Shown one piece after another: positions 1 through 13,173 of a stretch of DNA of 64,000 bases (position 1 is the stretch's first letter; every line of letters begins with the position of its first letter). Under the pieces are notes generated by a model that was not told where the DNA came from, ran no database searches, and saw only the letters and a program-made list of their open reading frames with translations. This DNA comes from Octopus vulgaris (taxonomy: Eukaryota). The DNA lies in NCBI GenBank assembly GCA_951406725.2, contig OX597816.1:148862001-148926000 (forward strand), read 5' to 3'. The translations under genes and the position numbers were made by a program.

Positions 1-235
1 ATTTCTTGAGATGAATATACAGCTTTATGTAATCGCAGATATTTACGTGTAAATGTACGCTCATCAAGTAAATCCTGGGATTTAGAAACGATCATAATTT
101 ATGAAAGTCGGCCTGAAAAATTATTGAATTATCAGAAACAAAACATTTTCAGTTCAACTTTCATTTGAAAAAAATATATAACTGCAGTTGCACTGGAGGA
201 GTAAGTATTATGGTTAAAGTCTGAAAGGATATTGA

Positions 236-433
236 TTACAAATTTTGGTACAAAGACAGCAATTTCGGGAAAGGGGTAAGCCGATTACATTGGCCCCGGT
301 GCTCAACATCTACTTATTTTATCGACCCCCCGAAATCGACCTCAGTGAAATTTGAATTCAGAATCTAAAAACTGACGAAATGTCGCTAAGCATTTTGCCC
401 GATGTGCTACCGATTCTGCCAGCTTACTGTCTT
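236..433 (-). mobile_element. tRNA-derived SINE with Nin-like domain, degenerate copy
   Basis: Reverse complement matches the better preserved copies at 7675-7905 and 30703-30935 (gctggcagaa-cgttagcac, ctgagttcaaattcc, gaggtcga, ggggtcgat-aaataagta). Confidence 0.8.
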
Positions 434-479
434 ACAGTTTGCAAGGATATAAATTGCGAGTATCAGTTATTTTACACAG

Positions 480-1750
480 AGGGAATATCATTTGAGTGTT
501 TGAGAGGGTTTTTATTTCCCTACAAGAAGACTGAACCACTCTGGATGTAGTTAGTTTCACTAATGACTTTTGCAACGACCGGTTTTAAGGTACATCGAAT
601 TATGATCAAAATATAGATTCTGCAGTTACTAGTGTGGTTAATAATTATGTTTATCTGCAGTGAATTGTATTTAGTGGTATGGCTCCTATTGCAGATATCC
701 GTGAAGAAAATTTAAGCATTAGCAATGTCATTAAAAAGATGGGGCAATTGTCACTTCATCTCGTGGATTCCTAACAAAAAGAAATAAAGTACTCCAAAGA
801 TGTTAAAGATGAACAGGATCACGAATTGGAATTGATCAATGCTACAAGATGAAATAGCATATACTTCCAATGTCAGGAGGATTCTTGTATTACAAAAGTT
901 ATGATTGATATGAACAAACACTTCACTTTTCAAGCAATGAATTTGATGCCATTCATGCTGTTGTATTGGAACCAATTAGAATTGGAATTGAACATCTAGG
1001 TGAAAGGGATGCAACCTCAATCTAAGCAGAAGGCAGTGAGTGTTTTTATTCTAGAATTTAAAAGACAAATGAATCCAGTGTTCCTTTTCTTGTAAGAACG
1101 TATCATGAAAAGAATCGTTTCGCAAAAAAAAATCTGATTGGATTGATGCAGTATTAAAATAACTCTCACTTTTAATTTTGAATCTTCCTGATTCATTTAT
1201 AACTTTACCAACTGAAAATTTACAATGTCAGGAAGAAAACGAATAAAAGAATGTTCATCTCTTTGTCAGAAAAATTCTCTATTTCTTATTCCAAATCCGG
1301 ATCCATGATAAATAAGGCATCTATTTCAACGAAAGAAATTCCGATCTAATATGTTCCACTCCAGCCTCATCAATAATTCATGTGTTTCCGACTTCCTGTT
1401 CTGGTTGGTTTTGTATCAATTTAATACCAAAAACGAATGAATGACCGACTTTATTGATATCTAACATGTACTGCCTGACAACATGATAATATATCATTCT
1501 TCAAACGACATGTATTTCTATTACAATTTTGAGGACACAAAAATACAATACATTTACTTTTGCTCGTTTGCTTCTTTCTTTGCTTATTCGTGGCGTTCGA
1601 CAAACATTGCTAACGTTGGTATCAGTGACTTGTGAGAGGATCCTATACTTAATGCAAGTGCATACATTTTTTAAGGAAAAATACAGAAAAGTTTCCAGTT
1701 GCCTTCTGTAAACCCACAAGACGTCAGGAACTCGACACTTCAAGCAAGTG
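480..1750 (+). pseudogene. Decayed hAT-like transposase relic
   Basis: Interrupted frames give ELELINATR*NS (823-858; resembles the hAT TRWNS motif), VVLEPIRIGIEHLGERDAT (960-1016) and SVTCER near 1620 (resembles the dimerization-domain S..ER.FS motif). Many stops and frameshifts. Confidence 0.4.
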
Positions 1751-2219
1751 AAATACTTATTTCAATATTGCTTGAGTTCTTTTACTGTTATAATGAATTA
1801 GCCATTGAAAGTTAAGCGCCTTTAGCAGGAGATGTCATGCAGTGTCGAGATGAAATAACTACTGTCACATACGACCCTTGCCTTGGCCATCATAACCACT
1901 CGTAATAACTTGCTCACTATTAACCCTTATCGGTGCGGATTGGAAACGGAGTAAAACCGTTTGCTTTGGAGAGCAAATTTAATATAAGACGAGTAAGATA
2001 TTCCAATATATATTCTATAGCAGCATCATAAAATAAATTTATTATTTTTTTCTGTCACTTAATTTTTAAAATCTTCCTTTTGTTTGTTCTGACTGTTACA
2101 ATAGCTGCAAGAAATTTGTCAAATCACATCCTACCTTCAAAATAGGAAGAACACATAGGATAATTTAGCCTTAGACATACCATGTCTGAATAAAAGATAT
2201 CATAGTATGTTGGATAATG

Positions 2220-2470
2220 TTGTTCCTTCTCGGGTCATGCCTGGCTCATAAGGGCCGGTTTCCCGGTTTCCTTGGCATATAGGTTCCCCACCTGAACGGG
2301 ACGCCGGTCCGTCGCAGGTGACCTGCAAGATGCAGGAGGAAAGAGTGAGAGAAAGTTGTGGCGCTTAGGTGTTTTGCTCATAAACACACACATCGCCCGG
2401 TCTGAGATTCGAACCCGCGATCCCTCGACCGCGAATCCGCTGCTCTAACCACTAAGCCATGTGCCTTCAC
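2220..2470 (-). mobile_element. tRNA-derived SINE with Meta-like domain
   Basis: Minus strand has a pol III A box (tggcttagtgg) and B box (ggttcgaatct), then tgtgtttatgagcaaaacacct and cctgcgacggaccggcgtccc...ggaaaccgg. Head is related to 19571-19865. Confidence 0.8.
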
Positions 2471-3159
2471 TGTTGGATAATGGATGACATAAGAGTAAAC
2501 AACGACAAAAAGAATTATAAACTCTTCAACAATGTCAGTCTTGTGGCGGGGTCCAAAGTAAATGGACACAGCCTCTGTTTCTAGACCAAATCAATGTTTA
2601 AAACATACGCTCTAAGCTAATCTTTCCTATAATGATTCGTATTTTAGTATTTTGTATGTACTGCCAGAATAATCAACAACAATAACATCAGTAGATATTA
2701 AAGAAAAAAACAAACAACAATTGGTGTTATTTATTCACATTGACTTCTTCATGCTCTGTCGTTGGTTTTTATCTTGGGTTAAGTCTTTGGTTAAGTCTGG
2801 TTTTATCCCACAAATTTCAGCTGCAGTTAAGGAAGTCTTAATCCTGGAATTATCAGATTTTGTTTCGCAAGAAGAAAGCCCAAGCGATTCCCAAAGCACA
2901 ATTTTCTGTGAGTCAAAGACAGTAAACAATAATAAACTATACTAAATTAAAGATTACTTTGCAATCCTCATAAAATACAAATATATTTTGGAGAGCAATT
3001 CATCGATTACTGTGTAATGCGTAGTCAGGTGATATAAGCCAATATACGTCTGGGATGAAAAGGCTAGAAGAATAATGGGATGGTCACGGATGGAAAGTCT
3101 TTCATTATACACCTGTTATGTCCAGGTTGAACGGGAGGTACACAAACACAAAGGAATCG

Positions 3160-3345
3160 TTATTATTATTTAGTTTGACTCAGGTTCGGTCTTATTCCTG
3201 GTAGAATTTATGTGGGTAGCGGGTTACTACTTGTGGATACCCTAGGCTTCCACAAGTTTTCAGTAATCTTTCAAGTGCTTACAACCTTCCTGATAAACCT
3301 TGCTGTCCGTAAGAGACAAACTTTCTGTAGTTCTACAGGGCATTC
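3160..3345 (-). mobile_element. R4/Dong-like LINE 3' end fragment
   Basis: Minus translation VELQKVCLLRTARFIRKVVST* resembles the ORF end EIQKIVLMGTAHILRKILSM* of the copy at 27762-29977; bounded by (TAA)n on both sides. Confidence 0.65.
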
Positions 3346-3391
<46 letters not shown>

Positions 3392-3609
3392 TTCATTTTC
3401 CTCTTTCAATTGTTTCCATTTCTTCCCGAGTGTCATCCTGACATCTAGGGCACAGAAACGCACTGTATACATTGGCAGGCCTTTAAAATAAACACACCAG
3501 ATTGTTCATTTACAAAGTCATGTGATAGAGAAAAGGGAGAAGAAAGACAGAGAGAAAAGGAAAAAATTTTAAAAATTAAAAGGTAAACAAGGAAAATAAG
3601 CGGGGGAAG

Positions 3610-3780
3610 AAAATTCACAGCGACAATTCTCTTCTCAGTGCGTGTGACATACCAGTTAAGACGATCTTTTGCACTTCCTGCTTTTTCAGTTCCTTGTCCT
3701 TTTTTTTTCTTTTTTTTTTTTATCATTCCAAGTGCTCCTACAATCACTGGTTTGTAACCGTCTTGAGATGCCCCATCTCA
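3610..3780 (-). mobile_element. R4/Dong-like LINE 3' end fragment
   Basis: Minus frames give PVIVGALGMIKK and EVQKIVLTGMSHALRRELSL*, matching the RLE C-terminus at 27949-28100; adjacent to (TAA)n at 3785-3862. Confidence 0.7.
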
Positions 3781-4414
3781 TTTTTATTATTATAATTATT
3801 ATTATTATTATTATTAATATTATTATAATTATTATTATTATTATTATAATTATTATTATTATTATCATCATCATCAACATTCTCATTTTCCTTCTCCTGC
3901 TCCTCCTCTATCCACTTTTCCGTCTTTCTTCTTCTTCTTCTTCTTCTTCTTCTTCTTCTCCTGCTCCTCCTTCTTCTTTAAAAATCAATCTTCTAGCCTT
4001 TTATAAAATTATTTTTAACATCAGACAATCACTCTGAATTCTAAACACCCAACTCTCCTACCACTAAACGTTTCTTTCTCTAACCCGTTGATTTTTTTTC
4101 TTCTATCTTTTGTTCTTTTTCTTCTCCTCTTCCTCCCCCTCTTCCCCTTCCTTCAAATGTGTTTCCTTCTTTCTCCTCTTACTCCTCAACCAGTGGTTGC
4201 CTCAATAAACAGCTGTTCCATGTCTCAATCATTATCATAATAATTCCATAATTATACATGGCCGACTTTCAATAATGATGTAGCCCTCCAGTTTGTTTTG
4301 ACAATCGATTACGCTATCAATAGTAAACACGATTAAATTTCTTATCACACAAACACACGCATACGCATATGTCTCCGTATGTATATATGTATATATACAT
4401 GTCTGTCTGTATGT

Positions 4415-4516
<102 letters not shown>

Positions 4517-4718
4517 ACATACATACATATATACATGCATACATATTTTTAAGTGTGTAAGTATGTGTGTGCTGCAACGATAAAATTGATTAAATTTCTT
4601 ACCACAGACATACGCACATACATATATAGGTACATATATGTATATAGGTATACAAACATATATATTCATTATCTTTTATATGTGTGTCTGTGTGTGTATG
4701 CGTGTGTATCTGTATGCT

Positions 4719-4782
<64 letters not shown>

Positions 4783-5084
4783 CACATATACATATATATA
4801 TAAGCAGATGGACAATTATAATTATTATTGGTAATTTCAATATTTGAAAGAAATACAAATAAAAATGCTGAATAACCAAACACTATTCAGAAGTTTTTAA
4901 TTATGTTTATCAAAAATTTCAATGAATATAGTAGCAAGGTATTGCTGTTTTAAAAAACATTTGTTACACGGATACAGACAATTGGTCTACCATAAAAATA
5001 GCTTCATTTCATTGCGTCTATTTATAATTTTATTTAAACAATTTTAATTGTATTTATATACGATGTGTTTATGATATGTGTGCG

Positions 5085-5171
5085 CATATATATATATGTG
5101 TGTGTGTGCAATAAATAGAAGTGTGTGTTTGCATATATATATATATGCATATACGTGTATGTATGTTCGTA

Positions 5172-5233
<62 letters not shown>

Positions 5234-5247
5234 CATATATATATATA

Positions 5248-5294
<47 letters not shown>

Positions 5295-5323
5295 TATATA
5301 CATATATATATACATATATATAC

Positions 5324-5368
<45 letters not shown>

Positions 5369-5369
5369 C

Positions 5370-5410
<41 letters not shown>

Positions 5411-5493
5411 TATATACATATATATATATACATATATATACATATATATACATATATATATATACATATATATACATATATACATATATATAC

Positions 5494-5526
<33 letters not shown>

Positions 5527-5535
5527 CATATATAC

Positions 5536-5570
<35 letters not shown>

Positions 5571-5586
5571 CAATATATATATATAC

Positions 5587-5617
<31 letters not shown>

Positions 5618-5674
5618 CATATACATATACATATATATACATATATATATATATATACATATACATATACATAC

Positions 5675-5708
<34 letters not shown>

Positions 5709-5805
5709 ATATATATACATATACATATACATATATATATATATACATATACATATATATATATATACATATACTATATATATATATATACATATACATA
5801 TACAT

Positions 5806-5839
<34 letters not shown>

Positions 5840-5991
5840 ATATATACATATACATATATATATATACATATACATATATATATATACATATACATATATA
5901 TATATATACATATACATATATATACATATACATATATATATACATATACATATATATATATATACATATACATATATATATATACATATAC

Positions 5992-6022
<31 letters not shown>

Positions 6023-6355
6023 CATATACATATATATATACATATACATATATATACATATACATATATACATATACATATATATATATACATATACATA
6101 TATATATATACATATACATATATACATATACATATATATATATACATATACATATATATATACATATACATATATATATACATATATATATATACATATA
6201 CATATATATATATACATATACATATATATATATATACATATACATATATATATACATATACATATATATATATACATATACATATATATATATACATATA
6301 CATATACATATATATATACATATACATATATATATATATATACATATACATATAA

Positions 6356-6449
<94 letters not shown>

Positions 6450-6539
6450 ATATATATATGTACATATATATATACATATGCATATATGAATGTACATATA
6501 TATATGTATATGAATAAAAATATATATGTATGTACATAT

Positions 6540-6597
<58 letters not shown>
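5085..6597. repeat. ~1.5 kb compound (TA)n/(TACA) microsatellite array
   Basis: Directly visible; source of the 400-600 aa Y/I/H/T ORFs in the track. Confidence 0.98.
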
Positions 6598-6600
<3 letters not shown>

Positions 6601-6838
6601 ATGTACGTTCTCAAACAACAGGACCAAGGTACTCAATACTAAAGTCGAGTGTAAATATTTAACGTAGTGTTGATGTTGTTCTTTCACTACTTGAACTACT
6701 TCAAGTTTCGAGTATGCTACTATCACGTGAACAGCAGAAGTCACATAACAGAAAGTATTTTCAACACTGGCAATAAAAATACATATGTGTGTGTATGTAC
6801 AAATGTGTGTACATGTACATACGGATATATGCATGTAT

Positions 6839-7250
6839 AGGCCTGGCTGTGTAGTAAGAAGCTTGCTTCCCAACCACATGGTTTCGGATTCAGTTGCACT
6901 GAGCATCACCTAAGACAAATGTCTTTTACTACAGCCTCAGGCCGACCAAAGCTTTGTGAGAGGATTTGATAGACAGAGACTGAAAGAAGCCTGTTGTATG
7001 GTGTGTGTCTTTGTGTCTGGGTTTGTCCCACCCCCACCCCTGCCACACACACATACACACACACTAACGCTTGACAACTAGTGTTGGTGTGTTTACGTCC
7101 CCGTAACTTAGCGATTCGGCCCAAGTGACCGATAGAGTAAGTACCAGGCTTTAAAAATATAAGTACCACGGTCGATTCATACGACTAAAAGTTCTTCAAG
7201 GCGGTGGCCCAGCATGGCCGCAGTCTAATGACTGAAACAAGTAAAATAGA
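6839..7250 (+). mobile_element. tRNA-derived CORE-like SINE, full length, with internal microsatellite
   Basis: A box tggctgtgtagtaag, B-box-like ggattcagtt, CORE-like block, internal (TG)/(CA) tract, 3' tail cagcatggccgcagtctaatgactgaaacaagtaaaa. Sister copies at 21900-23263, 35090-35500, 36160-36495, 44868-45110 and 49320-49520. Confidence 0.85.
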
Positions 7251-7674
7251 AGATATATTTATTCATTTACAAACTCATATATTTTAACATACAAATATTT
7301 ACACCACACATACACACACACACACACACATACATGCATACATACATACATACATACATACATACATACATACATACATACATACATACATGCATACATA
7401 CATACATACATACATACATACATACATACATACATACATACATACATACATACATACATACAAACAAACAAACAACCCACTGACTTGATGTTATTCACGA
7501 TCGACGAAATGCCGAGAGAACAAATAGCGCAAATTCAAACCCTCAGTTTTTTTGTCGAAGTTTTGCTATATTGTACAACGGTAATTGCACGCCAACAGAT
7601 GGGAGAAAAAGAAACTGATCCAAACAATAATACTGTCCCAAAATAGATTATCTTGGTGGAAAAAATGTTAATTA

Positions 7675-7905
7675 GGCGGCAAGCTGTCAGTATCGTTAGC
7701 ACGCCAGGTGAAATGCCTAGCGGTATTTCGACTGCCGTTATGTTCTGAGTTCAAATTCCACCGAGGTCGACTTTGCCTTTCGTCCTTTCGGGGTCGATTA
7801 AATAAGTACCAGTTACGCACTGGAGTCGATGTAATCGACTTAATCCCTTTGTCTGTCCTAGTTTGTCTCGTCTATGTTTAGTCTCCTTTTGGCAATAAAG
7901 AAATA
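7675..7905 (+). mobile_element. Nin-domain tRNA-derived SINE
   Basis: gagttcaaattcc B box followed by gaggtcgactttgcctttc-tcctttcggggtcgattaaataagtacc (Nin/Deu-like core) and an A-rich tail. Confidence 0.85.
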
Positions 7906-8239
7906 GAAACAGATTATCTCCCTTCAAAATAACATCAACTGAGTCCGGAAAACGATTGAAAATTGGACACGATCATAAAAAAAAAACAAAGAGTAAACTG
8001 ATTGCTGTCACAGTCTACAAGCGGTAAGCGAAAAAATTTTCTATAGTAAAAAAATTACATCAGTGCAAAATGATAAGCTACAAGTTTGCCAGAAACCCAT
8101 GTTGTATGTCGCAGTATATTTTATGGGTATTAGATATTTAAGGTACATGCTCTCATTGTACGCTGAAGAATAATTCTACTCATTGTGTTACAATAAAGCT
8201 ATCTGTACATCTATGTGTATACATGTGACCGCATGTGTA

Positions 8240-8420
8240 TCGTTGGCGATTTTCTTTCTCCGTCTTCCCTTCTTTGAACTTTTTCTATATTTCTAACGAA
8301 GAGCTCCGCTCGAAATGTGAAATCCGCATTCTTTTCTTTTCTTTCCTGAGCGTCCAATAACATTGTACTTATTCCACGTCCTCACGTTGTTGTTTTTTCT
8401 TGCTTTTTCATGTTTGGATT

Positions 8421-8455
<35 letters not shown>

Positions 8456-8630
8456 TGATCGTTAGCCACTACACACATTTTTTTCTCTCCTTGTTTTTTC
8501 TGTGTCCCTTTCTGTAGAAGAGCGTAGGCTCGAAACGTAAAAGACTTTTCCTATTCCTGAGCGTTATACTAATACATCTGTTTGTTTTGTACAGCACCTG
8601 TCTTCGTCTTTTGTTTTTTACGTAAACTCT

Positions 8631-8635
<5 letters not shown>
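8240..8635 (+). mobile_element. Two short PLE-derived units, each with a hammerhead-like motif, separated and followed by (TA)n
   Basis: Units 8240-8422 and 8455-8634 both contain gaagagc-N3/4-gctcgaaa and a downstream ttcctgagcgt block. The 3' part of unit 2 recurs inverted at 24772-24848. Confidence 0.6.
8508..8543 (+). ncRNA. Minimal type-I hammerhead ribozyme-like motif (one core change)
   Basis: cttt-CUGUAGA-a-gagc(gtag)gctc-GAAAC-GUA-aaag: stem I cttt/aaag, stem II gagc/gctc, loopless palindromic stem III (ACGT). Core A6 is U. Confidence 0.5.
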
Positions 8636-8698
<63 letters not shown>

Positions 8699-9136
8699 TT
8701 ATACAGCGTCGATGGTGTAAGTGAACTGTGAACGAGCTGTAAACGAATTTCGAAACAGCTGTAAACATATGGAATACATATTTCTTACTTCTCACTTCTC
8801 CTCTCCTAATTGTAATTTACCACATCGACATAAGACCACATATATGTTGGGATAATAGTTGTATTGGATGGTGTGTAGTCGATAGAATCGACCCCAGTAA
8901 TTACCATGGACAAGAACCAATGTCGACCTCGGAACGTAAAAGGACAGAAAAAATTAGTCTTGTTAGGTATTTAGTCAAAAACTCTAGTATTTTTGTTTTC
9001 TATTTCTAATTATGGACCTTTCATTGACTTGAGTTTCAAAACAATGAAGTTAGAATTTCAAGTTAAAAATACTCAAGTTATAAATTCGATCTCGCAAAAA
9101 CAAAAAAAATTAGAATAATGTGTGTATGTGTGTGTG

Positions 9137-9192
<56 letters not shown>

Positions 9193-11047
9193 CGTATGTG
9201 GATGTACATGTATGTGATCGTATGATTACCATTTTCAATAGGAAATGTTTCCTTAAAGGTCCCCTGACAAATAAATAACCTAAAAACATTAATACACTGG
9301 TTGTCGTAATATTTCTTAAAACTGCATTTCGCATCATGGGTCGCTGCAAAAAAATGTGAAACACAAAAAGTTTTCTAATTTTCCATTAATTTTCGACTAT
9401 TTTCAGTGTTTTTCCAGCTGCTAATTGAATATAAAGACGAACACTAGGCTTCAGTTCTTCTATCATCATGTTCCTTTCTGCTAATACGAATGTGCTGAAT
9501 TCAATTTGTTTGCTTCGACAGTTGGGCTGCTGAACTAACTTTCAATACAATAACGCAAGAATAGTACAATTCAACGTATTTCATCCAAAATTCAGAGGAG
9601 CAAAGGCCGTATGGCTCCTTGGAAGGAAGGATGGAAGGAGAGAAGGAGGGAAGAACTATTCACTACAAGCTGCTTCGGGTTGTTTTCGATTTCTTTGTTT
9701 GAATGGTGTCGGTGTCCCTGTTTTAGACAGAAAGCAATGTGTGTGTGTGTGTATGCATGTGTGTGTATGCGTGTGTGTATGTTTGTGTGTGTGAAAGAGA
9801 GAGAGTTAGTCGGTGTACAAATGTCTTTCGTTCCTAATTTTATGAATGCATATGCATGCGTCTGTATGTATGCAACTATTTGTATGCATGTATCATTGTT
9901 GCTTATGTCAGTGAAAAAAAACAAACTGTCGTCACATTTAAGAGAAAGATAAGATTGCCATTTCGAAGCAATATATTTTTTCTCAATATTTTCCTGATAG
10001 CTACAGTACAGTGATGGCATGTATGTGGTGGGCTAAGTGCAATACTGTCGGCCCTAATGCAAACCTGTTACATTATAATAAAATAACACAAAAGGAAGTT
10101 AGATAGACATATTTTTGTATATAACCGAACAAAATCTCTGAAGGAAGATTCAAAGACCTTTTTTCTTTTGTATTTCAATGAACAGCTAGAGATGGGCCAT
10201 GTCTAAAAACTGTGGTACTGAAATATAAGAAATTTACACGTCCTCAAGTAAAATGTACGCTTCTGAAAATATCTACAATTGCATCTTACAGTTGAGCAAT
10301 GGATCTTGGTTGTTATGAGTGGAAATATTTTAGTGTTTCAGTCGTTTTCAGAATATGGATACAGGATGGAATATAGGGTAGAGTGTTTATATGCCATTGC
10401 GAGTACGTATGTGTGCTTGTATGGGTGTGTGTTGCTGTGAAGAGAAGGATAATGACATGTGATCTGTGATACAAAAATAACTGCTTGAGCTTAGTACGAT
10501 CTATGTTCAATTAACAATTTCATAAGAGGGTTGGATACATTCACAATGAGTGGCTTCAAGACAAATACAGTCCTAGGTTGATTGATGGAAAATATATTTA
10601 GTACATGATCTGAAAAAGAAATACTGTAATGATAGAGAGACTGCAGGTTATAAGCTGTAATTAATAGAGAAGCGGGAGTTGAAGATAGAGGAAGTAGCCT
10701 AAAGCTGGAAAATTGTTGGTGGAGAAGGTTTGCCATATGGTTGGACGAATGCAATCACGATATTGAACGCACAGAACTGATTTACTTATCTACATGTGAG
10801 AAGCACTCTAATGTAGGTTATATTTTTGATTTCTATGTATACACTGTATAAATATATCATGAAAATAAAGGTGTACAGAAAATTGTGTTACGTGAATAAA
10901 AGCATTTAATTATAAGTGTATACAGACGAAGATGGAAAATTATATTTTAAAATGTATGAATCATGAATAGAAATATCTGCTATTTGAAAATTCTTTGGAA
11001 GCTTTTTAATTCGTATTTATTTCATTTTACACACACACACACACACA

Positions 11048-11109
<62 letters not shown>

Positions 11110-11509
11110 ATGAGTGGGGGGTATATACATGTGTGTGTGACAGATCAGATGGGAATATAAGAGAATTTGGCTGGTATTTCAAGCAAGTCCAGCAACTTCA
11201 TAGAGACCTCTTTCGCTCAAGCGTCATAGATTTCCTGTAAAAGAATCTTTGAAGTCAGCTAAAGAGTTTTCAAGCAACCCTTTGATTTTCAGCTTACTGT
11301 TGACAATTTCCCGAAAATTCTTTTGAGCTTTATAAATGTGTGTGTGTGTCTCTCTGTGTGTATGTGTGTATGTGTCTGTCTATCTGTGTGTATCTGTGCA
11401 TTAAGTATACAAATATATATATAATTCTTTTACGAGTTTCAGTTCGAGAGCTGTGGCCAAGCATGCTCACCGCCGTTATATACACATATATGCATATACA
11501 TATGTTTGT

Positions 11510-11899
<390 letters not shown>

Positions 11900-12907
11900 C
11901 AACGAAAAATTGTAAAAATGCAGAATGCTAAATTGAAAGAAAATTTTAATGAAATGAGAAATTGATAAAATATATAAATATATATTTATTCAAACCGGTT
12001 TTCGTCACGATGTGACTTATCAAGAATAGTTAGGTAAAAAAGTTTTTTAAAAATGAGAAAGGGGAAAAAAGAAAGTTGCATTGTTTTTTGCAAAAGAATA
12101 ATAATAAATATGTACAAAAATTAAAAAATAAGTACTCCGATACATTGTGAGTTCGTTGTGTATCTTGAGTTTAATGATTGTTCACGAAAAAATTACCTTG
12201 AGGTATTAGGATCCAATGGGATTAAGACCATGTGTTGTTTGGTTTAATTAAGGATGTTGGCAAAACAGGAAGTAGTAGTAATTGTGGTTCTTCAGTTCCT
12301 ATTTTGTGAATAAGGGGAGACAACTCTTTTGAGTTCTTCAATTTGTGTTTCTCAAACTCCCCTGCAATAAAGGCTGCTAATAAACCCCAAATTATAAAAT
12401 TATTATTTTAGCTTCATTTGCATTATCTTTTTTATATAATTGTTTGTTAACTTAACTTTCAGATTTTAACACTTTATTTATATTATTTTCTAATTATATA
12501 AATTTGCATAGACCAATTTATAATTACATTTCAGATTGTTATATCATATATAATAAAAATGATAGTAATAACAACAATAGTAAAAATGATATTTAAAGAA
12601 TATAAGTTTTAGCTTGAAGTGATGAATGCATGGTATCCTTATATATTTGTGTTAGTCCATCCATGAAGAATGAGGTAGAAAAAGGAAGTTTGATCAACGA
12701 GGAGTTTGCATATTAAGTTGTGTTTGGAATTTTTCAATAAAGAGATTCTCCTTGTTAATTCTCTCCTGTGTGGTGATCCCGTCTTTACATTGGTAGAAGG
12801 GGAATATATAGAATTTGGGGTTTAAGTCTTTAGCGCATGAGTCTCTGTGGTCACTCAGTGGAATTTGTCGGTATTCCGGGAGATTTATTTGTTCTTTATG
12901 CACCGCT
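11900..12907 (-). mobile_element. Penelope-like element 3' end (GIY-YIG C-terminus, 3' UTR, hammerhead-like motif)
   Basis: 12694-12907 encodes [44 protein letters not shown], homologous to the PLE endonuclease end at 45723-45962. Flanked by (TA)n and (CT)n. Confidence 0.75.
11987..12028 (-). ncRNA. Hammerhead-like motif with variant core UUGAUAA
   Basis: Minus: tattc-UUGAUAA-gtcac(atc)gtgac-GAAA-accggtt-t-gaata; perfect 5-bp stems I and II and palindromic stem III aaccggtt. Confidence 0.5.
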
Positions 12908-12930
12908 TCTCTCTCTCTCTCTCTCTCTTT

Positions 12931-12981
<51 letters not shown>

Positions 12982-13005
12982 GTAAATATACATATATATA
13001 ATATG

Positions 13006-13042
<37 letters not shown>

Positions 13043-13077
13043 CGTAAATATACATATATACATATATATATAATATG

Positions 13078-13114
<37 letters not shown>

Positions 13115-13173
13115 CGTAAATATACATATATACATATATATATAATATGCATACATATATATATATATACATA

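Noticed and set aside
2735-2910. Possible terminal exon on the minus strand (tctttgactcacag acceptor, ORF, AATAAA)
   Set aside because: With one frameshift it reads QKIVL.GIAW..LR, like the Dong-type LINE ends next to it; no partner exons found.
5034-6909. ORFs of 400-620 aa, and similar Y/I/C/V/H/T-rich ORFs throughout the track
   Set aside because: Translations of (TA)n, (CA)n and (TATG)n microsatellites, open in several frames on both strands; no protein signal.
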